This document shows positions 47,635 through 60,000 of a stretch of DNA of 64,000 nucleotides, in pieces. Under the pieces are notes generated by a model, which searched no databases, was not told where the DNA came from, and saw only the letters and a list, made by a program, of their open reading frames with translations. A program made the translations under genes and the position numbers. The stretch's first letter is position 1. Each line of letters opens with the position of its first letter. Location: NCBI GenBank assembly GCA_043228905.1, contig JBHGNT010000010.1, positions 14,942,001 through 15,006,000 of the forward strand, read 5' to 3'. Source of the stretch: Azolla caroliniana. Taxonomy: Eukaryota > Plantae > Polypodiophyta.

Positions 47635-50600
47635 TGTTGAATGCGGGTCTCTAATGGACGTATTCACATTGTCTCCCTTTGTACGCACTAGGTTTAGGCT
47701 ATTTATGTAAATAGTGAGAAGGGCAGTCGCCCTATGTTAGTTAGTATATAAACTGACCTTGTAACCTAGTTTCAGTGGTTGAAATATAGTTCGTCTTGTG
47801 CCTAATCGTCTCTCTCTTGCGTTCTTGTTGGCTCTTGTTTCTCTGTTTCTGTTTCTAATGCCATCAATCCACTTATCAACCTCACTTGAGAAGAGTGTTG
47901 ATTTGTTCCGCACGAAACGGCAACGTTCACAACATCTGGTATTAGAGCTTGGTTCTCTCGATTCTGTTGTCGCCGTGTACTTTGTCTCCATCAACAAATC
48001 TTCTTCTGTACACCGTGAAGATCTTGGTTGGCAACTCTATACAAGATCATTTTCGTGAAGAGAGACACCGGCAAAATCTGCATTGTACCGTTCTAAATCA
48101 CCATTGAAGTGAGACAATCGGCTGCAATTCACCCTTGTGATTGTAGCCGCTCGGAGTGAGATTTCGCTTCAAAACATCTCTGCCTCAGTTGTACTACATT
48201 GGATTAGACAACAATCGAATAGGCCACATGACGCTAGTCATTGGCTTGTCGTAATCACTCATAGTTGTCTGGGCTCTAGAAACAAGCCCCTTCCGTGCTT
48301 CATTCAGCGAGACGACATTCGGAAAGATTAGCTAAATCTGTTCTTCTCATTGTCATAGTCACCTGAAGCAAGATCGATCTGGATAATCGGCACATACTTT
48401 GTGTTCGGAAATCTCGAAAATTGACATTCGAAATCTATTCGACATACTCGGGTCCAACTCGACTAGGCTAGTCAGCCATAGTCACTTCGGATCGAGTCTC
48501 CCGAATTTGGAATCAGATTCGGCGTGTGTTCAAACTCGGCTAGAATGAATTCGGGTGGGCCAGTCTGATACACCCAACCACTATTCGTAGCCAACCCCGA
48601 ACAAAACCTCCCAAATTCGACACATATGGCATCAACATCTGGCTCGTCCGAGATGAGTCTAAGGAAGTTCGACGGATCGAACTTCAAGTTCTAGAAGGAG
48701 CAGATGCAAGACTATTTAATAGTCAAGGGGCAAATCGACCCCATCGAAAATGAAAATGCTTCAGAAGGATACAAGTCCCTTGAATGGGAGAAGCTCGACA
48801 GAATTGTCCAAGCCACTATTCAGATGCACCTATCGGAGTCCATGTACTTTACAGTGCAATCGTGTTCGATTGCCTTCCAACTATTGAAGACACTTTCAGA
48901 CACTTACGAAAAGAAGGTCGCCGCCACGAAGATATATTTGATACAACGCCTCTATAACCTTTGGATGAAAGAATCTGATTCGGCCAAGGCACACCTCAAA
49001 GAGTACGAAAGTCTAAGCTCCCAAATTTCAGCTCAGGGGACGACTATCGAGGAAAAACTAAGAGAAATTTTGCTTATGAGTAATCTCCCTACTTTATGGG
49101 AAACTTTTGTCACAACCGTGTGCAACGCATCGACTACGTCTGTTAAATACTCCACAGTCACGAGCGCAATTCTGATTGAAGCAGCTCGGAAGAAATTGTT
49201 TGCAAATGATTCGGCCAATAATGCGTATATAGTACAAGGTTCGACCAACCGATTGAATAGCCGAGGAAGAGGTTCTTCATGGCAACTGAACAACTAGCGA
49301 AGTCGGAGCAAGTCCTGGGATAATCGAGTCTGCACCTACTACAAGAAACCCAAACACATCAACATCGATGGCCTCGCAGTCAAGGCTAAAAACAGAAAGG
49401 TTTAGCGAGCTGATCAAAAGAGTGGCTAGCATGAGGATCTCAATTATGTCGGCTCTTCGGCCGAAATATTGTCGAGCGACTCGAACATACTATCCATTGA
49501 GAACCTAATCGAATAAAAAAATTTGCTTACAATAGAGGAATTGAGCACACGGTTCTTGGATTCGGGTGCGTCCTTTCATGTGACCCCTCATCGATCCTAA
49601 TTTCGGCAATACTCGACCCGACATTCCGACTCAATCCGAGTTGGAAATTCACACCAGTGGGCGACTATCGGAATTGGCACAGTAGAGCTCAACCTTTCGG
49701 ATGGCCCTACATTGGTACTACATGATGTCCGACACGTACCCGAGCTCTCAAGACCTTTGACCTCAGTCGGACCACTGAACGAAGACTATATCTGTGTCAG
49801 CTTCTCATCAGTAGGGTGGAGACTCCAAAGGGGGAATCTCCTACTTGCTCGGGGACCGAAAGTACACTCGTTGTACCTGTTATATGTCACACTCAAAGAG
49901 GGTGATTTATTCTTGGTCGACATTCCCGTGTCATCTCCTTGGCATGGACGACTTGGACACCTCAGCAAGGCCAACATCACGCATTTATCTAGAGCCGGAT
50001 ACATCCCTAAACTCTCCTTCTCTGATCATCAGTTCTACGAGCATTACCAGTACGGAAAACATATAGCCGCATCACATTCGACATCAGCACCAAGAGAATC
50101 CAGTCCCCTCGATTTGGTCCACTCGGACATTTGTGGTCCTATGCCACATCAGTCTCTCGACGATGCCTTGTATTTCGTCAGCTTGATTGATGACTCAACT
50201 CGAAAGGTGTGGGCTTACCCAATTAAAACAAAAAGATTTTTTCCGATTCGCAGTCTAGCTTGCGTGTGGAGTGGCGTACCACTATGGTTGAGAATCAGCC
50301 TAGCCGAAAACTGAAGAATTCGTCAGATTCTGCCGGCATACGACGTGAATTTATAGCACCATATCGTCTGGAGCAGATTGGAATTGCCGAGCAAATGAAT
50401 TAGACAATTCAAGAAAGGATAGTTTCCATGCTCCAACACTTTGAACTATCAGATGGAATGACAGCAAGCCGAATTACAGCAAGCTCAGGATTTTCGGGTG
50501 CGAGGCATACGCCCTCATACCGAAAGAGGATCGCCGCAAACTTGCACCAAGGTCCAAGAAATGCATTTTCCTCGGTTATGGACCAGATGAGGAAATCGGC

Positions 50601-51687
50601 TAACAACTCTGGGACCCCAAGCACAGACAGATCGTCTGAAGTTCGGATGTAGTGTTCAATGAGTCAACCATGCATCAATCGGCCGAAAAGTCGGTCGAAG
50701 TTTGAAGGGTGCCAACCCTTCATGAAGGCTCAACACATAACACGAGATCACCTTCATGGGTAGCATCCGAATCGTCGGCATCTGACTCGTCACAACCGAA
50801 TATTTTGGCTTCGGACCATCCGACTTTGACACCCGATGTGACCAGTCCAGTCATACCTTGAAGATCCGAGAGACTGTCGCAACCCCAGGAGAGATACTCT
50901 CCTGGTATCTTCTTTACGGACGTCGGAGAACCGACGTCACACAAAGAAGCATCGGCATCAACCGACTCGACCACTTGGCAAAAAAAACTTGAGACCTGGA
51001 TGAATTACCGATGAATCGATGTGCTCTCCCATGCAAGTGGGTCTACCGAGTTAAGGAAATGTTTGATTTGGCCACCCCAAAATTCAAAGCCAAACTAGTA
51101 GCTAAGGGTTTTCGACAAGAATACGACATGGATTTCGACGAAATCTTTTCACCGGTAGTGAAAATGACAACCCTTCGATTTAGCTAGATGTCAAAACGGC
51201 ATTCCTCCATGGTGATCCAGGCGAAGAAATTTATATGGAGCAGTCGAAAGGCTTCGTCGCACCAAGCCAGGAACATCTAGTCAGCCGGCTCAAGAAGAGT
51301 CTTTACAGCCTGAAACAGGCACGACGGTGGTATAAGAAGTTGAATGACTTCATTCAGTTGGTGGGCTTCTCGAAGAGCGATGAGGACCACTGTCTCTTCA
51401 CGAAAACAACTCGAGATGGGTCACCCATCTTCCTTATCATCTAAATGGACGACATGCTAATCTACGGTCGGCAAGATGGAGAGCTTGCCAAACTCCTTCA
51501 ACAATTGCAGTTGAAGTTTGCGATGAAGAACATTGGTCCAGGAAAACACATTCTCGGCATGAAGACTAGTCGGAATCGAAATCGAAGACAATTGTTTCTG
51601 TCCCAATCCAACTATATTACATGTTTCCTCAAACGCTTCAACATGCAATCGGTTAAATTTGCTTCGAACTTGCTCCCCATTAGCCTT
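47635..51687 (+). mobile_element. Ty1/Copia element E, decayed and 3'-truncated
   Basis: 300-bp LTR 47635-47934 (TGTTG...CAACA); PBS TGGTATTAGAGC at 47937; gag from 48626; PR FLDSGASFHVT; INT LDLVHSDICGP; RT LDVKTAFLHG, LKKSLYSLKQA, *MDDML. Confidence 0.9.
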
Positions 51688-51774
51688 TGTGAAAACAACA
51701 ACGTGCGGAAGCAACAGAGAGCAGAACGTAGGAAAACATAGGTTCAATGGAGAGCTTGAACACACACAGTATGC

Positions 51775-51829
<55 letters not shown>

Positions 51830-52156
51830 CGTCAATACACACAACTCTATTTCAAAAACTAATACTCAATCTGTACATAGAATGTGCTCAGTGAGCACTT
51901 TTATACAAGTCCATACGGTGTCGCATTGTTACGCGTGTGCGTGGAGAATGAGGCGGGACCACCGGGGTCTTGGACCGAGAAATAGCTGAGGAGGAGGAGA
52001 ACGGAAGGGCAACCGACGCACTCGCACACGCACAGACACGGGAGCACACAGGAATCACAGTCCAACAACACAGCAAAACGAGACGACTAGGAGTCCGAGT
52101 ATATGAACACGTATGTATATAAATATATATATATATCAAGACGGTTACAACTAACA
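51688..52156 (-). mobile_element. Solo-LTR-like segment G with non-matching flanks; contains (GA)n at 51777-51827
   Basis: TG...CA termini (TGTGAAAAC...CTAACA on +); TATA-rich and CT-rich parts on the minus strand; left flank is Copia E RT (GCCTT), right flank is a Gypsy F LTR (TGCCG). Confidence 0.65.
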
Positions 52157-53365
52157 TGCCGGCAAGGCAAACATCGACGCCTATTCACTCACACAAAGAA
52201 GAGCGAGATGGAGACTCTGCAGGAAGCACACGGGCGTTCCACGGAGCAGAGTCAGCCTCCCGAAACCCTGCACAAAATGGCTATGGAGAGTGGTAGAGGA
52301 GAAGGGCTCGGTCCTAGTCCGGCAGCATTTCGTCTCTCTAACGCGCAATCCTTTTTCATTCTTCTCCCTCTCTTTTATAGACCAAGGAGGGAGGCCGTTA
52401 TCATCCGTTACATCATATTAATTCTCTGTCCTTTTGGATAGAGATACACCTCGATTCTCTCCCTATTGAATGCGTGCTACCTAGGATTTCACCTCAGCCG
52501 ACTTGTACCTACCTACTTACTATACAACGAAAGATGCGCTCGCGTGTAAGGGCCGGTTTACATACGCTAAACTCGGTTTCTACCTAGGGACGGTTTTCTT
52601 CACGACATCCGCCCCCACCTAACTGCGCATCCACCGGTATGCGCCAAAATTGGGCTCTTGCAGGAGAAAACCGGTCCATGCTTTACTCCTCGTCTTCCAG
52701 TTCGTCATCCGCCTCGGACCGCCCGTCGTCGCCGTCCATGCTTTCCAGATCCGGCTCGCACTCGTGTCGTTTCTTAAACGCTTTGACCCTCTTCCCCGCT
52801 ACCGGTATTATCATCCTCGTATCGTCGAGCTCCGCAAGATGGTAGGTCCCGTTGTCGTTGGCACCTATCACCACGTAAGGCCCGAACCACCTCCTTGCAA
52901 ACTTCCGGTTGCCCTGTGCTGGTTGTCGAGGCTGCTGTCATACACTAGGACCCAGTCGCCTTCCTCGATTTTCTTCGGTCGCAGTTGGTGAGTCTGGTCA
53001 AACCGCCCTTTGTTGTTCAACCTTGCCAACCGAAGCTTCTCCGCGGCTCGTTCCATGTCCCCCGGCCTCCGCTCGAGCTGTTGAATCCGTGCTGCCAGCA
53101 GCTCCTCTCGGCTCATCTCATCTCTCCAGTCCACCGTGGCCCATGAGGAGATCGTCCGCTCCGTCGGCATGATCGGCTTCTGTCCATACATAAGCTCCGT
53201 CGGCATGAACCCGGTTACCGAACTGTGCGTAGTTCAGTCCGCCCATAAGGCATAAGGTAGCAGTCATGGCCAGTTCCTGAATTGGCCTCCACACGCCCGT
53301 ACTAGCGATTTGACTATCGGCCCGTGTCCGCGCTCCACCTTCCCGTTAGCCTCCGGATTGTACGT
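52157..53365 (-). mobile_element. Gypsy F fragment (A/B family): integrase C-terminus, PPT and partial 3' LTR
   Basis: YNPEANGKVERGHGP, RPKKIEEGDWVLVYD; PPT GTTAGGTGGGGGCGGA at 52608-52623; LTR begins TGTCGTGAAGAAAACC at 52607 (minus). Confidence 0.88.
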
Positions 53366-53450
53366 TGTCGTGAAGAAAACCGGCCATAGGCGGAATTGGA
53401 GAGAAAGCGCGTAAACCGGCCCTTACACGGATGAACGCGTGACTGGATAC
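53366..53450 (+). mobile_element. Start of another A/B-family Gypsy LTR (element H), interrupted by Copia I
   Basis: TGTCGTGAAGAAAACCG...AACCGGCCCTTACAC matches the LTR starts of A and F; preceded by ACGT. Confidence 0.75.
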
Positions 53451-54086
53451 TGTTGAACACAGTGCTCGGCCACAACCGAGGAATAGGATCAACTCACAGA
53501 AAACAGGAAATACAAAATGCACGAAGACAATAGAGAGAAGAGTACATAGGATGTTTTACGTGGAAAACCCTAAATGGGAAAAACCACGGGAGTCCTCAGA
53601 CTCCAACTATCACTATAAACAGAGATGTACAATGGTGAAGCTACAAGGCAACAACCTTGAGCTCACTGTCTTCGCCACAGGCGGCGGTAATACACAGAGG
53701 CAACGACCTCTTCGTCTCTCTCTCACTCTCTCTCTCTCTCTCTCTCGGCTGCTCTCTTCACTCTTGCACACATAAGAGTGACAATACACAATAGGCAACA
53801 ACATACAGCCAGCAACACTAAACAGTTTGCCCTAAGTCATATTTATACACATATGACTTTCGGACTATTTACAAATATAGCCTCAAAGGGCTCTTGGAAA
53901 ACATATTCACAAATATGTCCCCGCATCCGGATCTCTCTCCGGGTACATTCGTCATCCGGCTCCGTAGCCGGGGTCTTCATCATCCGGCTCCAAGTACCGG
54001 GTACTCCTCATTCGGGTCTTCATTCCCGATTCCCGGACATCCGACCATCCCATCCGGAGGGACCGTAATCCCAACAAACTCCCCCT

Positions 54087-57000
54087 TCACTTCGGCATGG
54101 GATGTCTTTCCAGTCCGACCCTCTTCCGGCACGCTTCCAGCTTGTCGGGTGTGAGCACTTTGGTCAACATATCTGACCCGTTCTCTTCCGTGTGGATCTT
54201 CGTCAGCACGAACTCCTGGTCTTCTATCCTTTCCCGGATCCAGTGATATCTTCGCTGGATGTGCTTCGTCCGGGAGTGATAGGCCGCGTTCTTCGCAAGG
54301 TGGATGGCACTCTGACTGTCGCAGTAGAGTCGGTACTCCTCCTGCCGGATACCGAGCTCTCTAATGAAGTCCTTCATCCATATTATTTCCTTGCCGGCTT
54401 CAACAGCCGCCATGTACTCCGCCTCCGTGGTTGACAACGCAACCGTCTTCTGCAGCCTCGACTGCCACGAAACAGCTCCCCCTGCATACGTCATCACATA
54501 CCCTGATGTGGACTGGCTGGTATCTGCATCAGCCGACATATCCGAATCGGTAAAGCCGTCGAGTTCGGGCTTACCGGAGCCGAATCGGAGGCACACGTTT
54601 GCCGTGCCCTTCAGGTATCGGAGTATCCACTTGGCCGCGTTCCAGTGCTCTTTGCCGGGATTGCTCATGTACCGGCTCACCACTCCGACTGCATATCCTA
54701 TGTCCGGTCTTGTACACACCATTGCGTACATCAAGCTTCCGACGGCAGAGGAATATGGTACTTTCGTCATGTCCTCCTTCTCAGCCTTTGTCTTGGGGCT
54801 TTGCTTGCTGGACAACCTGCAGTTTGCCGGGAGGGTTGACCCGACCGGTCTTGCTTCCGACATGTTGAACCGGTGAAGCACCTTTGTCACGTACTTCTCC
54901 TGTGACAGCCACAACTGCTTCTTCTTCCGGTCCCGGATGATGTGCATCCCTAGTATTTGCCTCGCCGGACCCAGGTCCTTCATTGAGAAGGTTCGGTGAA
55001 GCGCTTTCTTCAGCATTCGTATCTTGACTTGGTCCCGTCCGACGATCAACATGTCGTCCACGTACAGGAGGAGTATTAGAAAGTCTCCTCCTTCGAACTT
55101 CTTCACAAACACGCAGTGATCGGACTGCGTTTTGTGGTACCCTTCGTCGGTCATGAAAGAGTCGAACTTCCGGTACCATTGCCGGGGAGCCTGCTTCAGT
55201 CCGTAAAGGCTCTTCTTCAACTGGCATACCAGGTGCTCCTTCCCTTTCTTCTCGAATCCTTCCGGTTGCTGCATGTAGATCTCTTCTTCGAGGTCACCGT
55301 GAAGGAATGCCGTCTTCACGTCCATCTGTTCTACCTCGAGGTCCATGCTTGCCGCTATGCTCAGCACCGTCCGGATGGAGGTCATCTTCACTACCGGGGC
55401 AAATATCTCGTCGAAGTCGATGCCCTTCTTCTGCTGAAACCCCTTTACCACGATCCTGGCTTTGTATCTCGGGGGGTTTCCGGCATCTCCCGGTTTCAGC
55501 TTGAACACCCACTTGTTTCGAAGTGCCCGTTTTCCTTTCGGCAACTCCACAAGTTCATATGTGTGGTTCTCATGCAGGGAATCCATCTCGTCCTGCATGG
55601 CACTCAACCACCTGCGGCTCTGGATGTCATGCTTTGCTTCTTCAAAGCTCTCCGGCTCCCCCTCGTCGGTTAGCAGCACGTGCTCTGGTTCCGGAAATCT
55701 CCGGGGGGGCCTTCTCTCTCTTAGAGGATATCTCCGTTCCGGAGCTTCGGTAACCGGCTCCTCCGTTTCCTCTTCATCCGAATCCATTTCGGGATCGGGG
55801 CCGGTTCCGGTATCAGTTTCGTCTTCCTCGGCCGGTTCTGTTTCTTCACCGTCTTCGGCCGGATCCTCGAGTGCTAACCGGTCCCTTGCCGGTCGGGACT
55901 GCTCCTCGTAGAGTTGATCCTCACCGGTCGACTTGGAGCTCTTCATTTTCTTCTCCGACTCCCAGTCGGCGAGTGTCTTGTTCTCCATGAAGATGATATC
56001 ACAACTCCGGAATATCTTCTTGTCGACCGGGTCCCATACTCGGTAGCCGAACTCGTCATCGCCGTAACCGAGGAATATGCATGGCCGGGTCTTTGGATCT
56101 AGCTTTCCTCTCCGGTCCTTAGCCACATGCACATATGCGAGACACCTGAACACCTTCAGATGCCGGTAGGATACTTCCCTGCCGGTCCACACTCTCTGCG
56201 GCGTGTCTCCGTCCAAAGGTACTGAGGGTGATCTATTTATCACATATGTCGCCGTCGACATTGCCTCAGCCCAAAATCCCTTGGGTAATTTCGCATGTGC
56301 TAGCATACTCCGGACCCTCTCCATTATGGTCCGGTTCATCCTCTCGGCCAGCCCGTTCAGTTCCGGCGTCTTCGGCACAGTAAACTCGAGCCGGATTCCC
56401 ATCGAACGGCAATACTCCTCGAATTGCCCTCGGTATTCTCCTCCGTTATCCGCTCGTAGTGCTTTCAGCTTCTTGCCGGATTCTCTTTCCACTCTCGCAT
56501 GGAGTTCTTTGAAGACGGACAATACTTGGTCCTTTGTCTTCAACGGTGCCGTCCACAGCTTCCGGCTATTGTCATCTATGAATGTTACGAAGTACTGGGC
56601 TCCGCCATGTGACTTCGTTTCTACCCGACACACATCAGTGTGTACCAACTCCAATGGTACACTACGTCTCATCGGTGGTCTTGAGCGGAAGGAGGTCCGG
56701 TTTTGCTTACCGGCCAGACAGTCGGTACACTTCCCCAGGTGTACGTGCTTTACCGGTATCAGGTTGTCTTCGGCAAGCCTCTTCATCCCCTTCTCGCTCA
56801 TGTGGCACAGTCTCTTGTGCCACAGCTCACCGGTAGTGTCAGCTGCCACGTTCAGCTTCTCCGGACATAGCCGGGAATTCAGCAGGTACAGTGTGTTGAC
56901 CTTCCGGGCCCGAGCCACTATCAGGCTCCCTTTGCTGAACTTCATGACACCGTTCCGGATGCTACCCGTGTAGCCTTCATCGTCTAGCCTCCCGGCCGAA

Positions 57001-60000
57001 ATCAGGTTCAATCGAACCTCCGGAACGTGTCGAACATCCTTCAGCAGCATCTTGCATCCGGTTGATGTCATCAGCCACACGTCTCCTATGCCGGCAATCC
57101 GGCATGTACCTTCATTTCCCATCTGGACACAGCCGTGCTCACCGGCTGTGTAGGATGAGAAGTATTTCTTCTCCGGGGTCAGGTGGAACGACGCTCCGGA
57201 ATCGACCACCCAGGTCATCTCTTCACCGGCAAGGTTCAGCTCCCTCTCTTCGGTAATGAGCATTATCTCTTCTTCACTTGCCGCGAGTGCCGTCGTTCCT
57301 TTCCGGTCCTGCCCTCGCCGATCCGGACCTCTCCGGTCCGTGGCTCCCCGGTATGCACCGTTTCGCTCCGGTGACTTCTTCGAATCGGTACCGTCGGTTC
57401 CGTTGTCTTTCCGGAAATGCCGACAGTTCTTCTGGAAGTGCCCCGGCTTCCCACAGTAGAAGCATGTAGGTCTTCCCCTCGACTGCGACCGTGTCCCCGA
57501 CTTCTCCCGTCTTTGCGGACTCCGGTTCCGTTGTCTTCCCCGTTCCGATTCGGTAAGCAGCGCCTTCGAGTCGGAGGCCGGTTCTTTATCTCTCCGACGC
57601 GCTTCTTCATTTAGAATACTTGTCTTTACCGTTAGTAAAGACAAGTTCTCTTCCTTACAGGAGGTGCTGAGAGTAACTACCAAGTTCTCCCAGCTCTCCG
57701 GAAGGGTACACTGTTGGGATTACGGTCCCTTCGGATGGGATGGTCGGATGTCGGAGATGAATGATTACAAGCCCGGTTGCGGTTTCGGAACCGGATGATG
57801 AAGATCCCGGTTACGGAGCCGGATGACGAATGTACCCGGAGAGAGATCCGGATGCGGGGACATATTTGTGAATATGTTTGCCAAGGGCCCTTGAGGCTAT
57901 AGTTGTAAACAGTTTTAATGTTGCTACTCTTTTTTTCTGTTTTTCCACTCAAGAGGAGTGAAGAGAGAGCAGCCGTGAGAGAGATAGAGCGTGAGAGAGG
58001 AAGAGGTTGACGCCTCTGTGTAATTCCGCCGCCTGTGGCGAGGACAGCGAGCTCAAGGTCGTCGCCTTGCAGCTCGCCATTGTATATTTCTCTGTGCATA
58101 GTTTTGGTTCGGAGTCTTGTACTCCCGTGGTTTTTCCCGTACAGGGTTTTCCACGTTAAATCGTGTGTCCACTCTATTTTTTCGCATTTCCCATTTTCTG
58201 CAACAACGATTCGTGTGTTTCCTTGGTTGTGGCCGAGAGGTGAAGTTTGGAAAGCGACGATTATTTCCATCAATTTGGTATCAGAGCGAGCTGCTGCAGA
58301 AAACGGAAGGCGGCGGCAGCGGGCAGCCGGGGATGATGGTGCTGAATGCGCAGAATTACGCCGACTGGAAGATCAAGATGGAGGATCTTCTGATTGTTCG
58401 GGACCTGTACGAACCGATTGACAGGTCGGAAATACCGAAGGGGGTACTTGAGTCGGAATGGAGGCTTCTGAACCGGAAAGCCGTTGCAACCATTCGGCAA
58501 TACGTCGACGTGAGCGTTCTACAACATGTGGCGAACGACACCAACGCATATGAGATGTGGCGGAAGCTGTCGGGCCTCTACGAGAGGAAGAATGCGTTGA
58601 ACCGGACCTCCCTGATGAGGAAGATAGTGAACCTCAAGTACCGGGACGGCGAGAGTATGGTGGAACACGTAAGCACGTTCATGGGATTCGTGAACCAGCT
58701 TGCGGCGATCAAGTTCCCGTTGGAGGATGCAATGCAAGCCATCATCCTGATGTGTACATTGCCGGAAAGCTGGGAGAACCTGGTGGTGACTCTCAGCACC
58801 TCCTGCACCGAAGATAACTTGTCCCTACAAATGGTAAAGACAAGTATTTTGAACGAAGAAGCGCGTCAGAGAGATAAAGAACCGGCCTCCGATCCGAAGA
58901 TGTTGTTTACCGAATCGGATCGGGGAAGACAACGGAACCGGAGTCCGCAAAGACGGGAGAAGTCGGGGACACGGTCGCAGTCAAGAGGAAGGCCCACATG
59001 CTTCCACTGTGGGAAGCCGGGGCACTTCCGAAAGAATTGTCGGCATTACCGAAAAGACAACGGAGCCGACGACACCGATTCGAAGAAGTCTTCGGAACGG
59101 AACGGGGCTTACCGGGGAGCCACGGACCGAAATGGTTCGGATCGGCGAGGGCAGGACCGGAAAGGAACGACGGCACTCGCGGCAAGTGAAGAGGAGATCA
59201 TGCTCATCACCGAAGAAGGTGAACTAAACATTGCCGGCGATGAGACTACCTGGGTGGTCGATTCCGGAGCGTCGTTCCACCTGACCCCGGAAAGAAGATA
59301 CTTCTCATCCTACACAACCGGTGAGCATGGCTGTGTTCGGATGGGAAATGAAGGTACGTGCCGGATTGCCGGCGTAGGAGACGTGTGGTTGACAACCTCG
59401 ACCGGATGCAAAATGCTGCTGAAGGATGTCAGACACGTTCTGGAGGTTCGATTGAACCTGATTTCGGCCGGGAGGCTAGACGATGAAGGCTACACAGGTA
59501 GCATCCGGAACGGCGTAATGAAGTTCAGCAAGGGGAGCCTGATAGTGGCTCGGGCCCGAAAAGTCAACACACTGTACCTTATGAATGCCTGGTTGTGTCC
59601 GGAAGAGTTGAACGTGGCAGCCGACACTGCCGGTGAGCTGTGGCACAAGAGACTGTGCCACATGAGTGAGAAGGGGATGAAGAGGCTTGCAGAAGACAAC
59701 CTTATTCCAGTGAAGCATGTGCACCTGGAGAAGTGCACCGATTGCCTGGCCGGTAAGCAGAACCGAACCTCCTTCCACTCAAGGCCACCGACGAGACGTA
59801 GCGCACCATTGGAGTTGGTGCACACTGATGTGTGTCAGGTAGAAACGAAGTCACATGGCGGAGCCCAGTACTTCGTAACATTCATAGATGATCATAGCCG
59901 AAAACTGTGGACGGCACCGCTGAAGACAAAGGACCAAGTGTTGTGCGTCTTCAAAGAACTCCACGCGAGAGTGGAAAGGGAATCCGGCAAGAAGCTGAAA

